Shown here piece after piece: positions 17,890-27,661 of a stretch of DNA of 60,864 bases. The translations under genes and the position numbers were made by a program. A model generated the notes under the pieces. That model worked only from the letters and a program-made list of their open reading frames with translations, ran no database searches and was not told where the DNA came from. Source of the stretch: Treponema sp. (GTDB lineage Bacteria > Spirochaetota > Spirochaetia > Treponematales > Breznakiellaceae); assembly GCA_031273265.1 (NCBI GenBank), contig JAISSH010000064.1:1-60864 (forward strand). Direction: 5' to 3'. Numbering within the stretch: the stretch's first letter is position 1; each line of letters opens with the position of its first letter.

Positions 17890-18441
17890 TTATTTTCCGC
17901 AGCATTGTTTATATTTTTTCCCGCTGCCGCACGGGCACGGATCATTCCTGCCTGTTTTTGGGGTTTCGTTTTTTACCGGCTCAAGATAGGAATGTTTCAT
18001 AAAATCAATTTCTGTCATAGACGGCATGCGGAAAGAAAACGTTGTGCGTCCGTTATTATTTGTTACCGCAAAATCCCCGTTAATAATGACATCCATTCCG
18101 ATAAGCATGTCGCAACCGTTAAGCACTCCTTCGGCAACTTTAAGATTAGGAAATGTTGTATTATTAGGAAGGGATAAATTAATAAGGTAAACATTGCTTA
18201 TAACATTTTTGTCAGACGGAGTACTTATCATTGTTTTTGATAACGGCTTCAAATTTAATTGTTTGGCAACTTCCTGCGTAATCAGGGAGAATGCCGCACC
18301 GGTATCCCAGAGGGCTTTGATTTCAATATTATGCTGCCTGTTATTTGCTAGACCTATTTTTGCGGGCGTAACCAGATACCTTGATATACCTTGATATCTA
18401 TATGTGAAATAGTACCCTTGTTTTGAATTTTTCTCGCTCAA
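17890..18441 (-). CDS. Retropepsin-like aspartyl protease fused to a C-terminal SEC-C motif
   Basis: ALWDTGA catalytic motif, [26 protein letters not shown]. Confidence 0.88.
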   Translation of the reverse strand: MSEKNSKQGYYFTYRYQGISRYLVTPAKIGLANNRQHNIEIKALWDTGAAFSLITQEVAKQLNLKPLSKTMISTPSDKNVISNVYLINLSLPNNTTFPNLKVAEGVLNGCDMLIGMDVIINGDFAVTNNNGRTTFSFRMPSMTEIDFMKHSYLEPVKNETPKTGRNDPCPCGSGKKYKQCCGK

Positions 18442-18455
18442 GATGCCTTCCAGCC

Positions 18456-18704
18456 CTACGCGCGAACGGGCATAACATTTCCCTGAAAATGATGCACCAT
18501 TTTCTCTTTGTCATCAAAGCATTCCTGAATCAAGAAGGTCCCCGGCTCTTCGGTTTTCAGCGTATTTTCATAGGCGGCCAAAAAATCGTCATAGACCGCT
18601 AAAATGCTGTGATTTTTTACGACGACAAATTTCTGCCCGTAGGTACGGTACAAATTCTCCATGTTTTCGAGGAAATAATCAAAATCCTGATCCTGCTGGT
18701 TCAT
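18456..18704 (-). CDS. Small acidic protein, DUF5678-like
   Basis: 82 aa; YF..N...L...YG.KFVVVK...IL.VYD....AY....GTFLIQ pattern; directly upstream of the aspartyl protease. Confidence 0.7.
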   Translation of the reverse strand: MNQQDQDFDYFLENMENLYRTYGQKFVVVKNHSILAVYDDFLAAYENTLKTEEPGTFLIQECFDDKEKMVHHFQGNVMPVRA

Positions 18705-18831
18705 GCTTTAATTATCGCATATTTTGGGGGTAATCTTCAACCCATAATCCCCCCAAAATTCCCCTTCACCCCTCAAGTCCCATTTTCTGAGTCTTTTTTA
18801 ACTATTTTTGGATTTCTTTTATCATTCCCGC

Positions 18832-18860
18832 TTGACATTTTTTTTGAAAACAGGTACGCT
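18832..18860 (+). promoter_or_regulatory. sigma70-type promoter of the rimP-nusA-infB operon
   Basis: TTGACA-N17-TACGCT. Confidence 0.65.
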
Positions 18861-18884
18861 GTAAACAGTATAGTTTTTCAATTT

Positions 18885-18911
18885 AAAAAGGGCTGCGAAA
18901 AGCCCTTTTTT
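18885..18911 (+). promoter_or_regulatory. rimP leader hairpin/attenuator
   Basis: AAAAAGGGCT-GCGAAA-AGCCCTTTTTT between the promoter and the rimP start. Confidence 0.7.
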
Positions 18912-18933
18912 CTTTGTTAAACGGGGTGGGAAT

Positions 18934-19407
18934 GTGCGGTATATCGCTAAGAACGAGGAAATTGAAGAAGTCGCTTCCTTGCGTCAGCCGCTGAAGGAAG
19001 TTCTTGAAGGTCTTGGGTTTAGTCTTATTGAATTGACTGTTTTCCGGCATCGCGGAAGCGTGCAGGTAAGAGCCGTTATTTACAACGGAGCGTCAGTAGG
19101 CGTAGACGACTGCACAAACGCGCACCGCGCGATTATGCCGAAGCTGGAATTGGCGTTTCCAAAGCAGGAAATCTCTCTTGAGGTGTCCTCTCCGGGGACG
19201 GACAGAACCATCAGGGACGGAGTTGAATTTACCCATTATACGGGCAAGGGAGTACGGTGTTACCGTAAGGATATTTCAGACTGGACGGCAGGCGTTTTGC
19301 AATCCGCCGATGAAAAGGGGGTTGTCTTGAAAACGAAAGAAGGAAACGTAAGGCTGGAATTTGATATTATAGCGAAGGCAAAATTGGATGGCAGCTTACA
19401 ATCATAG
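18934..19407 (+). CDS. rimP: Ribosome maturation factor RimP
   Basis: VGVDDC and LEVSSPG.DR motifs; upstream of nusA. Confidence 0.9.
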   Translation: MRYIAKNEEIEEVASLRQPLKEVLEGLGFSLIELTVFRHRGSVQVRAVIYNGASVGVDDCTNAHRAIMPKLELAFPKQEISLEVSSPGTDRTIRDGVEFTHYTGKGVRCYRKDISDWTAGVLQSADEKGVVLKTKEGNVRLEFDIIAKAKLDGSLQS

Positions 19408-19441
19408 CTGCGATATTTAATTCTTCACAAGGAGGTATGGT

Positions 19442-20932
19442 TTGGGAACTGATATGTCACAGGTAATTCGTCAATTAAATCAGGATCGCGGAATCCCTGA
19501 AGAATTGATATTGAAAACAATCGAAGAAACATTAAGAGCCGCGTACAAACACCGTTTTGGAAACGCGGAAAACGCGGTCATTCGGTTTGATGATGATAAT
19601 TTGGAAGTTTCGATTTTCGCCCAAAAAACGGTCGTTGAACAGGACGGAGTATACGATCCTGTAATGGAAATTGAGTTAAGCGATGCCAAAGAGCTGAACC
19701 CAGAAGCCGACGTCGGAGACGATATATTGGTGGAATTGGACCCGAAACAGTTTGATCACAAAACTGTTCAGAGCGCGAAGCAGACAGCCCACCAAACAAT
19801 CAGGGAGATACAGAAAGACAGCCTGTATTCCGAATACAAAGATAAAGTAGGCGAAATTATTATAGGTTATTACCAGCGGGAAAGGAACGGAAACATCTAT
19901 GTTGATTTGGGAAAAATAGAAGGAATACTTCCCAGAAAGTTCCAGTCCCCTAGGGAAACTTACCATGTTAACGACAGAATCAAGGCTCTCATCGCCGAAG
20001 TAAAAAAAGAAGGGACAGGTCTGAAAATCGAGCTTTCAAGGACTCACACCGAATTTGTACGCGCCATTTTTGAACTGGAAGTTCCGGAGATTTACGACAA
20101 AACCGTAGAGATACATAAAATTGTGCGCGAACCCGGTTTCCGCACAAAACTTGCCGTATACTCAAACCGCGAAGATGTTGATCCCGTCGGCGCGTGCGTC
20201 GGTCTAAAGGGCGTGCGCATTCAGGCTGTAATCAAGGAACTGGAAGGGGAAAAAATCGACATACTCAAATACGATCCCGACCCGCGGCGCTTTATTAAAA
20301 ACGCGCTGTCGCCCGCCGAAGTGCGCGAGGTGATAATTCTGGACGAAGGCAAGCATCAGGCGTTAGCTGTAGTAAACGACTCCATGCTGTCGCTCGCAAT
20401 CGGAAAACAGGGATTGAACGTGCGCCTTGCGAACAGGCTTGTAGACTGGAATATCGACGTAAAAACCGAATCCCAGTTCTCGGAAATGGACATCGCAGCC
20501 GAATCCCGGCGCGCCGTTTCGGAGCTTTTCGGAGATACGGAAACCTACAACGATGAAATTTCCCGCATCAGCGAATTGCCCGGCGTTGACGGTCGCATCG
20601 CGCAGATACTGCTTGATAACGGCGTTGATTTCATCGAAGACTTTATCGCGCTCAATCAGGAAGAGCTGGAAGCCAAGGGCTTGACTGCCGCCGAACTTGA
20701 CGGACTGCGCAGGCTTATCGAAGAGAACGTGGAAATTGTTGAAGAAGAAGGAGAAGGGGAGGAAACAGCAGAAGAAGAACAGGAAGAAAAAGCCGCTGTT
20801 AATGAAGCCGAAGAAGAAGCCGAAGCCGAAGAATATGAATGTCCCGAGTGCGGAGCAAAAATCACCGTGGATATGACCACCTGCCCAAGCTGCGGCATAG
20901 GCTTGAGCTTCGAATATGAGGAAGAGGAATAA
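19442..20932 (+). CDS. nusA: Transcription termination/antitermination factor NusA
   Basis: REPGFRTKLAV, DPVGACVG, AIGKQGLNVRLA; C-terminal CPECG..CPSCG. Confidence 0.96.
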   Translation: MGTDMSQVIRQLNQDRGIPEELILKTIEETLRAAYKHRFGNAENAVIRFDDDNLEVSIFAQKTVVEQDGVYDPVMEIELSDAKELNPEADVGDDILVELDPKQFDHKTVQSAKQTAHQTIREIQKDSLYSEYKDKVGEIIIGYYQRERNGNIYVDLGKIEGILPRKFQSPRETYHVNDRIKALIAEVKKEGTGLKIELSRTHTEFVRAIFELEVPEIYDKTVEIHKIVREPGFRTKLAVYSNREDVDPVGACVGLKGVRIQAVIKELEGEKIDILKYDPDPRRFIKNALSPAEVREVIILDEGKHQALAVVNDSMLSLAIGKQGLNVRLANRLVDWNIDVKTESQFSEMDIAAESRRAVSELFGDTETYNDEISRISELPGVDGRIAQILLDNGVDFIEDFIALNQEELEAKGLTAAELDGLRRLIEENVEIVEEEGEGEETAEEEQEEKAAVNEAEEEAEAEEYECPECGAKITVDMTTCPSCGIGLSFEYEEEE

Positions 20933-20941
20933 AAGGTAAAT

Positions 20942-23452
20942 ATGGCGGAAGATACTGACAATACGAAAAAACAAAAAGCCCCATTGATTAAGCGTTCCGC
21001 GAATGAGAGTGAAAGCTCCTCGCAGAAAAACCAGGCGGAACAGGGCGAACAGCGCAAAGTCAAGGTTGTATTGAAAAAACCGGCTGCGGCTTCACCCAAA
21101 AAAACACAGCATAAGGTCATTGTCAGCTCTCCCGCGGGTAAAACGGTAAAAAATAAAAAAAGCGACAGCTCTGATGATACTGCCAGAAGGGAACATAACA
21201 GAAATCAGGCGCATGACGCGAACCATTCAGGCACGCAGGCAAGTTCATTTACAATCGCGCAAAGACCCGCGGTCGCGGCGGGCAGGGTAGGCGGCAAACT
21301 TGTTGGGGGTCATCAGGGACATTCCGGGCACAGACCGCCGCGTCCGCAAATGCGCGGGCAGGGCAAACCGAATGACGCAGGTCCCGGCAGGGGAGGCATG
21401 GGTCAGCGTCCCGCTGGAGCGGGAACAGGAGGACCGAGAACAGGCGGCTTTGCGCCGAGACAGGGAGGAAAACCCGGAGGCTTCGGCGGCGGCTTTTCAC
21501 GCCCGTCTCAGGGAGGCGGACGCGGCGGCGGCATGAACGCGGTTCCCGCCGGTCCTATTCCAGAGGGCAAGGGACAGTCTAAGCGTAAATTCCTTACAAA
21601 AAAACCTGTCTACAACAGAAAAGAAAAAGAACTTGAGATGGAGGAAAAACTCCTTCAAACCAAGAAAAAAATAACCCACGTCGCAAATCCGGTTCCTAAA
21701 TCCATCGACATCATGGAAGTTATCTCAGTTTCGGAACTTGCGCGTAAAATGAATTTGAAAGCGTCCGACCTTATCCAAAAACTTATGAGCATGGGGCAGA
21801 TGGTTACTATTAACCAGCAGATCGACGCGGATACCGCGACAATTCTTGCCGCCGAATTCGGCGCGGATGTAAAGATCGTCAGTCTTTATGATGAAACGGT
21901 AATAGAGACGGCATCGGACGAGAACGCGGTATTGCTGCCGCGCCCTCCGGTAGTTACCGTTATGGGACATGTCGATCACGGAAAAACCAAACTGCTGGAC
22001 GCAATCAGAAAATCCGATGTTGTGTCGGGCGAATTTGGCGGCATTACTCAGCATATCGGCGCGTACATGGTGGAAACGCCTCACGGCAGAATCACTTTTT
22101 TAGATACGCCGGGACACGAAGCCTTTACGCGCATGAGGGCGCGCGGCGCACAGATAACGGATATTGTTATCCTTGTCGTAGCCGCGGACGACGGAGTTAT
22201 GCCGCAGACAATCGAGGCGATCAATCACGCGAAAGACGCCGATGTTCCAATTATTGTCGCTGTAAATAAAATTGACAAACCGGAAGCGAATCCGGACAGG
22301 GTAAAGAGCCAGCTTTCCGAGCTGGGACTGATGCCGGAAGACTGGGGCGGACAGACGATGTTTGTTGAACTTTCCGCCCTGCAAAAAACCGGCGTTGACA
22401 AACTCATTGACGCGATTCTTTTGGAATCGGAACTGCTGGATCTCAAGGCGAATTTTCAGCGTAACGCGGAAGGAAAAATACTTGAATCGAAAGTTGATCA
22501 CGGACGCGGCATAGTAGCGACCGTAATGATAGAAAGGGGAACGCTTGCGGTGGGCGATTCATTTGTAGCCGGCGTCTGGCCCGGCAAGGTTCGCGCGATT
22601 TTTAACGACAAGGGAGAAAGGCTTTCAAGGGCGACGCCCTCCATGCCGGTTGAAGTTCTTGGTTTTGAAGGCATCCCGAACGCCGGCGATCCTCTGCAGG
22701 TAGTTTTGGACGAAAGAGTCGCGCGCGAATATTCTTCCAAGCGGCAGGAACTCAAACGGTTTGAGGACGCGAAGACAATCAAAAAGATCACCATGGATAA
22801 TCTGCATGACATGATCAGCGACGGCGCGATTCAGGAGCTTAAAGTAATAATAAAAGCGGACGTGCAAGGCTCCGCCGAGGCTCTCAAGTCGAGCCTTGAA
22901 AAATTGTCTACAAAAGAAATACGGCTTCATGTTATTCAGGCGCTTCCGGGGCCTGTCAACGAAGGCGACGTTGATCTCGCGATTGCGTCTAACGCCATTG
23001 TTATCAGCTTCAATGTTCGTCCTCTTCCAAAGGCGAAGATTCTGGCGGATCAGGAAAAGGTAGATATTAGAAAGTACAATATTATTTACAAAGCAGTGGA
23101 AGAGATAAAGCAGGCAATGGAAGGAATGTTGAAACCGGACACAAAAGAGGAAGTCGCCGCCACTGTGGAAGTTCGGGAAACATTCAAAGTCCCGAAGATC
23201 GGCACTATCGCAGGCTGTTATGTGCAAAGCGGAATTGTCAGGCGGAGCGGCGTTGTAAACGTGATAAGGGATCAAATTGTGATTCATAGCGGAAAAATCG
23301 CGTCTCTTAAACGTTTTAAGGACGATGTGCGCGAAGTAGCCGCGGGATACGAGTGCGGTATCGGTCTTGAAGGTTATGACAACATTCAGGCGGGCGATCA
23401 ATTTGAAATAATTGAAATTATAGAAGTAGCGCGCAAATTGAGCGCTTCCTGA
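20942..23452 (+). CDS. infB: Translation initiation factor IF-2
   Basis: [38 protein letters not shown]. Confidence 0.97.
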   Translation: MAEDTDNTKKQKAPLIKRSANESESSSQKNQAEQGEQRKVKVVLKKPAAASPKKTQHKVIVSSPAGKTVKNKKSDSSDDTARREHNRNQAHDANHSGTQASSFTIAQRPAVAAGRVGGKLVGGHQGHSGHRPPRPQMRGQGKPNDAGPGRGGMGQRPAGAGTGGPRTGGFAPRQGGKPGGFGGGFSRPSQGGGRGGGMNAVPAGPIPEGKGQSKRKFLTKKPVYNRKEKELEMEEKLLQTKKKITHVANPVPKSIDIMEVISVSELARKMNLKASDLIQKLMSMGQMVTINQQIDADTATILAAEFGADVKIVSLYDETVIETASDENAVLLPRPPVVTVMGHVDHGKTKLLDAIRKSDVVSGEFGGITQHIGAYMVETPHGRITFLDTPGHEAFTRMRARGAQITDIVILVVAADDGVMPQTIEAINHAKDADVPIIVAVNKIDKPEANPDRVKSQLSELGLMPEDWGGQTMFVELSALQKTGVDKLIDAILLESELLDLKANFQRNAEGKILESKVDHGRGIVATVMIERGTLAVGDSFVAGVWPGKVRAIFNDKGERLSRATPSMPVEVLGFEGIPNAGDPLQVVLDERVAREYSSKRQELKRFEDAKTIKKITMDNLHDMISDGAIQELKVIIKADVQGSAEALKSSLEKLSTKEIRLHVIQALPGPVNEGDVDLAIASNAIVISFNVRPLPKAKILADQEKVDIRKYNIIYKAVEEIKQAMEGMLKPDTKEEVAATVEVRETFKVPKIGTIAGCYVQSGIVRRSGVVNVIRDQIVIHSGKIASLKRFKDDVREVAAGYECGIGLEGYDNIQAGDQFEIIEIIEVARKLSAS

Positions 23453-23456
23453 AAAT

Positions 23457-23843
23457 ATGGCTCAATACCGCACCGAAAAGCTTGGTCAGACGATACAGGA
23501 AAAAATAGGCTCTCTTATTCTTGAAGGCAGAATAAAAGACAGCAGGGTCAGCTCTTTTCTTTCGATCACAAAGGTCAATGTGTCAAAAGACCTTTCGTTC
23601 GCCGATGTATATGTTTCCGATATTCGCGGCAGAAACATCGAAAAAGGAGCCGAAGGGCTTCAAAGCGCCGCGGGCTTTATTCAGTCCCAGCTTGGTCATT
23701 CGATGCGTATACGCAAAGTGCCCCATCTGCGCTTCCACCCCGATTCGAGCATAGGCGAAAGTTTCGACCTGATCAAAAAAATAGACGAACTTGTGCAGAC
23801 GGAAAACAAAAGCGATGCAATCGGGACTGATATTAATAAATAA
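23457..23843 (+). CDS. rbfA: Ribosome-binding factor A
   Basis: IKDSRV, SKDLSFADVYV, AAGFIQ, P.LRF..D; follows infB. Confidence 0.93.
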   Translation: MAQYRTEKLGQTIQEKIGSLILEGRIKDSRVSSFLSITKVNVSKDLSFADVYVSDIRGRNIEKGAEGLQSAAGFIQSQLGHSMRIRKVPHLRFHPDSSIGESFDLIKKIDELVQTENKSDAIGTDINK

Positions 23844-24693
23844 AAAAACAGGCGTTACTTCATTTCAGGCGTTAGGTGAAATAAAACGCGCGCTTGGTAC
23901 GGGAAAAGTGGGGCACACCGGCACTTTGGATAAATTCGCGTCGGGACTTTTGGTGGTTCTTGCCGGAAGCGCCCTGAAACTCGCTCCCTGGTTTTCGCAC
24001 TGCGACAAACAGTACGAAGGCAGGATTTGCTTCGGCGTCGAAACCGACACCCTCGACCCTGAGGGAAGCGTGATAGCAGAGTCCGCCGTCCCTGTCCGCG
24101 AAAAAGTTGAACAGGCTCTCTCTCAATTTAAGGGTAAAATTTTGCAGGAGCCGCCAATCTTTTCGGCAATTCATGTAAACGGACGGCGCGCTTCAAGCCT
24201 TGCCCGTTCAGGCGAAAAACCCGAAATGAAAAAACGCCCTGTTGAAATCTACAAACTTGAACTGCGCGGCTGGGAGCCGCCCTTCGCGGACATTTTCGTC
24301 CACTGTTCAAGCGGAACTTACATTCGCTCCCTCGCGCGGGACATAGCCCTCGCCGCCGGAAGCAGGGCGCACCTTTGCGCTCTTACGCGGACGCGGGTCG
24401 CAAGTTTTACGCTGGATATGTCGGGAAAAGACATTTCCCCGCTCCCCATAACAAAAACCGTTATCGCCGCGCTTGGTCTTCCGTACTTTGAGATTACGCT
24501 GGACGAAACCGAAAAGCTCATTCACGGCAAACCGCTTGAGCCAATTCTGGAAGGCAAAGAGCTTTTTTCACAGGGGGAAACTTCGCCCGCTACCGAGAGT
24601 TTTTCGGCGGCTGTTTTCGCGGGTGAAACGCTTGCCGCTATTGTGGAAAGGTCAACCGGCGGGTGGAAATACAGGTGCGTGATAGGGCATTGA
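23815..24693 (+). CDS. truB: tRNA pseudouridine(55) synthase
   Basis: KVGHTGTLDKFASGLL, CSSGTYIRSLARD; ATG 23815 preferred over TTG 23791. Confidence 0.93.
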   Translation: MQSGLILINKKTGVTSFQALGEIKRALGTGKVGHTGTLDKFASGLLVVLAGSALKLAPWFSHCDKQYEGRICFGVETDTLDPEGSVIAESAVPVREKVEQALSQFKGKILQEPPIFSAIHVNGRRASSLARSGEKPEMKKRPVEIYKLELRGWEPPFADIFVHCSSGTYIRSLARDIALAAGSRAHLCALTRTRVASFTLDMSGKDISPLPITKTVIAALGLPYFEITLDETEKLIHGKPLEPILEGKELFSQGETSPATESFSAAVFAGETLAAIVERSTGGWKYRCVIGH

Positions 24694-24749
24694 CACATTC
24701 CCCATTTTATGCCACAGTTATACAGAAAACAGGGTTTTAGGAGATAAAC

Positions 24750-25019
24750 ATGGCTTTAAACAAAGAAAGCGCCGCCTCAATTATTACCAAATTTGGCAAA
24801 AACGACAAAGACACGGGCGCTGCGGAAGTTCAGATTGCGCTGCTTACTGAACGAATCAACCAGCTTACAGAACACTGCAAGCAGTTCAAAAAGGACAAGT
24901 CCGGACAAAGAGGGCTTTTAATTCTGGTCGGAAAGCGGCGCAGGATGCTTAAATACATTCAGCGAACCAATCTGGAAGGCTACCGCAAGTTGATAAAAGA
25001 ACTGGGACTGCGTAAATAA
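24750..25019 (+). CDS. rpsO: 30S ribosomal protein S15
   Basis: DTGAAEVQIALLTERI..RGLL..VGKRRRML.Y. Confidence 0.97.
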   Translation: MALNKESAASIITKFGKNDKDTGAAEVQIALLTERINQLTEHCKQFKKDKSGQRGLLILVGKRRRMLKYIQRTNLEGYRKLIKELGLRK

Positions 25020-27175
25020 TGATGCAAAAAGTAACACTAACAGTCGCCGGAAAGGAACTGATCCTTGAAACCGGCAGAATCGCGAAACAGGCTAACGGTT
25101 CTGTTTTCGCCCAATACGCGGGTTCGGCGGTAATTGCCACCGTATGTTCGTCATCGGAATCGGTAGAGGGTCTTGACTATGTTCCCCTCACCGTAGATTA
25201 CAACGAAAAATACTATGCCGCGGGAAAAATTCCCGGCGGTTTTATAAAGAGGGAAAGCAGACCGAAGGACAAGGAGATTCTCGTCTCCCGTCTCATCGAC
25301 CGTCCGATGCGCCCCCTCTTTGAAAAAAGTTTCGGGCGCGAAATTCAGCTTATACCGACAACGCTTTCCACCGATCAGGTGAATCCGCCGGACATTCTGG
25401 CGATCATCGCGTCATCCGCCGCCGTTCACATTTCGGACATTCCTTTCAACGGACCTGTCGCGGGCGTGCGGGTCTGTCAGGTGGACGGACAGCTTGTCGT
25501 TAATCCCACTTATGAGCAGATTGAAAAATCCACTATGGAAATCGTGGTAGCCGGAACAAAAGACGGCATAACGATGGTAGAAGGCGGAGCGAAAGAGGTA
25601 AGCGAAGAGCTGATGATCGAGGCGCTTGATAAAGCGCACGCAATGATCAAGGAATTTTGCGCGTTGCAGGAAAAACTGAGAGAGCTTGCCGGAAAGCCGA
25701 AACTTCCGCTTAACGCGCTTTCGTATTCCCTTGAAAACGTAGACGCTATCCGCGCCGCCGCTTTTCCAAAACTTCAGACGGCGTGTTTCCTCCCGACCAA
25801 GGGCGAAAGGCACGACGGGATTAAGGCGGTAAAGACCGAATTTGCCGCGCAACACGCCGCTCAGCTTGAAGATGAAAAACAGAAAAAACTTTTCGATGCG
25901 TTATTCGAAGATATGCAGTACGAAATTTTACGCTCCTCAATTTTGAATAACGGCAAGCGCGTAGACGGGCGCGGGCTTGAGGACATTCGCACAATCACCT
26001 GCGAAACCGATATTTTACAGCGTACTCACGGCTCGGCTCTTTTTACGCGCGGTGAAACGCAGGCGTTAGTTGTTACAACGCTCGGCACTGTTTTTGACGA
26101 GCAGATTTTTGACGACATCGAAGGCGACAAGCGCGAAAACTTTATGCTTCACTACAACTTCCCGCCCTATTCAGTCGGCGAAGTAGGCAGAATGGGAACA
26201 GGCCGCAGAGAAATCGGTCACGGAAACCTTGCGCGCCGTTCCCTCGAAGCGATGGTTCCGTCAAAAGAAGATTTCCCGTACACTGTGCGCGTTGTCTCGG
26301 AAATAATGGAATCAAACGGCTCGTCCTCAATGGCGTCTGTCTGCGGCGGCACTCTCGCTATGCTGCACGCCGGAGTCCCCATGAAAAAGCCGGTCGCCGG
26401 TATCGCCATGGGTCTTATCACCGAAGGAAAAGCAGGTCCCGGCGACAGGTTCGCGGTGTTATCTGACATTCTGGGAGAAGAGGATCACCTTGGAGACATG
26501 GACTTTAAGGTTGCCGGCACTCAGGACGGGATTACCGGCTTTCAGATGGATATAAAAATCGCCGGGGTAAGCTCTGAAATTATGCGAAAAGCGTTGGATC
26601 AGGCGAAACGCGGACGGCTTCACATTCTTTCAATAATGAACAAGTGCATCAGCAGACCCGCCGATCATATCAGCGAGTACGCGCCCAAAATCGTGACTCT
26701 GCGAATCGACATCGACAAAATCGGCGCGCTTATCGGACCGGGCGGTAAAAACATAAAAGCGTTATGCGAACAGTACTCGGTTAGAATCAACACCGAAGAT
26801 GACGGCACTGTAACGATTTTCGGTAAAAACACCAAAGACGCCGAGGACGCGAAAGTCGCCGTTATGGGCATAGCTTCCGACCCGGAAATAAACAGAGTGT
26901 ATGACGGCGTTGTAAAGCGCATAATGGATTTTGGCGCGTTTGTGGAAATACTCCCCGGCAAAGAAGGGTTGGTTCATATCAGCAAACTTTCCAGACAGCG
27001 CATCGCGCAGGTTACGGACGTAGTTAAAGAAGGACAGCAGATTCCCGTCAAGCTTTTGGAAATTGACAAACAGGGACGGCTCAATCTTTCATATATCGAC
27101 GCTATTGATCCAAACGGCGCTTCCGACGAGAGGGGAGGGCGCAAGGAAGAGCGTCCAAGAAACGACCGCCGCTAA
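25019..27175 (+). CDS. pnp: Polyribonucleotide nucleotidyltransferase
   Basis: ETGRIAKQANG, RLIDRPMRP, SNGSSSMAS, GDMDFKVAG; KH and S1 domains. Confidence 0.97.
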   Translation: MMQKVTLTVAGKELILETGRIAKQANGSVFAQYAGSAVIATVCSSSESVEGLDYVPLTVDYNEKYYAAGKIPGGFIKRESRPKDKEILVSRLIDRPMRPLFEKSFGREIQLIPTTLSTDQVNPPDILAIIASSAAVHISDIPFNGPVAGVRVCQVDGQLVVNPTYEQIEKSTMEIVVAGTKDGITMVEGGAKEVSEELMIEALDKAHAMIKEFCALQEKLRELAGKPKLPLNALSYSLENVDAIRAAAFPKLQTACFLPTKGERHDGIKAVKTEFAAQHAAQLEDEKQKKLFDALFEDMQYEILRSSILNNGKRVDGRGLEDIRTITCETDILQRTHGSALFTRGETQALVVTTLGTVFDEQIFDDIEGDKRENFMLHYNFPPYSVGEVGRMGTGRREIGHGNLARRSLEAMVPSKEDFPYTVRVVSEIMESNGSSSMASVCGGTLAMLHAGVPMKKPVAGIAMGLITEGKAGPGDRFAVLSDILGEEDHLGDMDFKVAGTQDGITGFQMDIKIAGVSSEIMRKALDQAKRGRLHILSIMNKCISRPADHISEYAPKIVTLRIDIDKIGALIGPGGKNIKALCEQYSVRINTEDDGTVTIFGKNTKDAEDAKVAVMGIASDPEINRVYDGVVKRIMDFGAFVEILPGKEGLVHISKLSRQRIAQVTDVVKEGQQIPVKLLEIDKQGRLNLSYIDAIDPNGASDERGGRKEERPRNDRR

Positions 27176-27186
27176 CTGGGGGACTT

Positions 27187-27642
27187 ATGCCCGCGGAATG
27201 TTGCGAGGCGCTTATAAAAGTTGTTAAAGCTCATCCTGATATTGAGCTTCCGCGTTATGAAAGCGAAGGCGCCGCGGGTATGGATTTGCGGGCGTTTCTT
27301 GAAACTGACGTAACCGTCGCGCCGTTGGGAAGGGTTAAAATACCTACCGGATTGAAGATTGAGATACCGGAAGGTTTCGAGGCGCAGGTGCGTCCCCGTT
27401 CGGGGCTTGCTTTTAAGTCGGGGCTGACTGTCCTTAATTCGCCGGGAACAATAGATTCCGATTACCGGGGGGAGTTGGAAATAATACTTGTCAATTTGGG
27501 TTCGCAGGATGTTGTAATAAAGAACGGCGACCGGATCGCCCAGCTTGTTGTGTCTCCTGTCTGCCGTTCGCAGTTTGTGGAGGCGCAAACGCTTAATTCT
27601 TCAAAACGGGGCGGCGCCGGTTTTGGTTCTACCGGCGTTTAG
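27187..27642 (+). CDS. dut: dUTP diphosphatase
   Basis: AAGMDL, RPRSGLA, GTIDSDYRGE, RGGAGFGSTG. Confidence 0.96.
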   Translation: MPAECCEALIKVVKAHPDIELPRYESEGAAGMDLRAFLETDVTVAPLGRVKIPTGLKIEIPEGFEAQVRPRSGLAFKSGLTVLNSPGTIDSDYRGELEIILVNLGSQDVVIKNGDRIAQLVVSPVCRSQFVEAQTLNSSKRGGAGFGSTGV

Positions 27643-27661
27643 GCGCGCAAACGAGGAATAG

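Noticed and set aside
17760-17956. DGR template/variable repeat pair (all mismatches are A in the copy)
   Set aside because: Only 34 bp and three transitions, no reverse transcriptase in the window, and SEC-C is not a DGR-type target; simple decay explains it.
20690-20932. Acidic tract and Zn-ribbon at the NusA C-terminus as a novelty
   Set aside because: To my knowledge a normal feature of treponemal NusA; the GAA-rich DNA simply encodes Glu.
21240-21560. GC-rich low-complexity stretch
   Set aside because: Ordinary Gly/Pro/Arg-rich IF-2 N-terminal region.
22625-23401. Long antisense or alternate-frame ORFs (also 317-949, 15001-15585, 42307-43032, 54745-55305)
   Set aside because: They shadow well-supported genes and have no motifs or expression signals.
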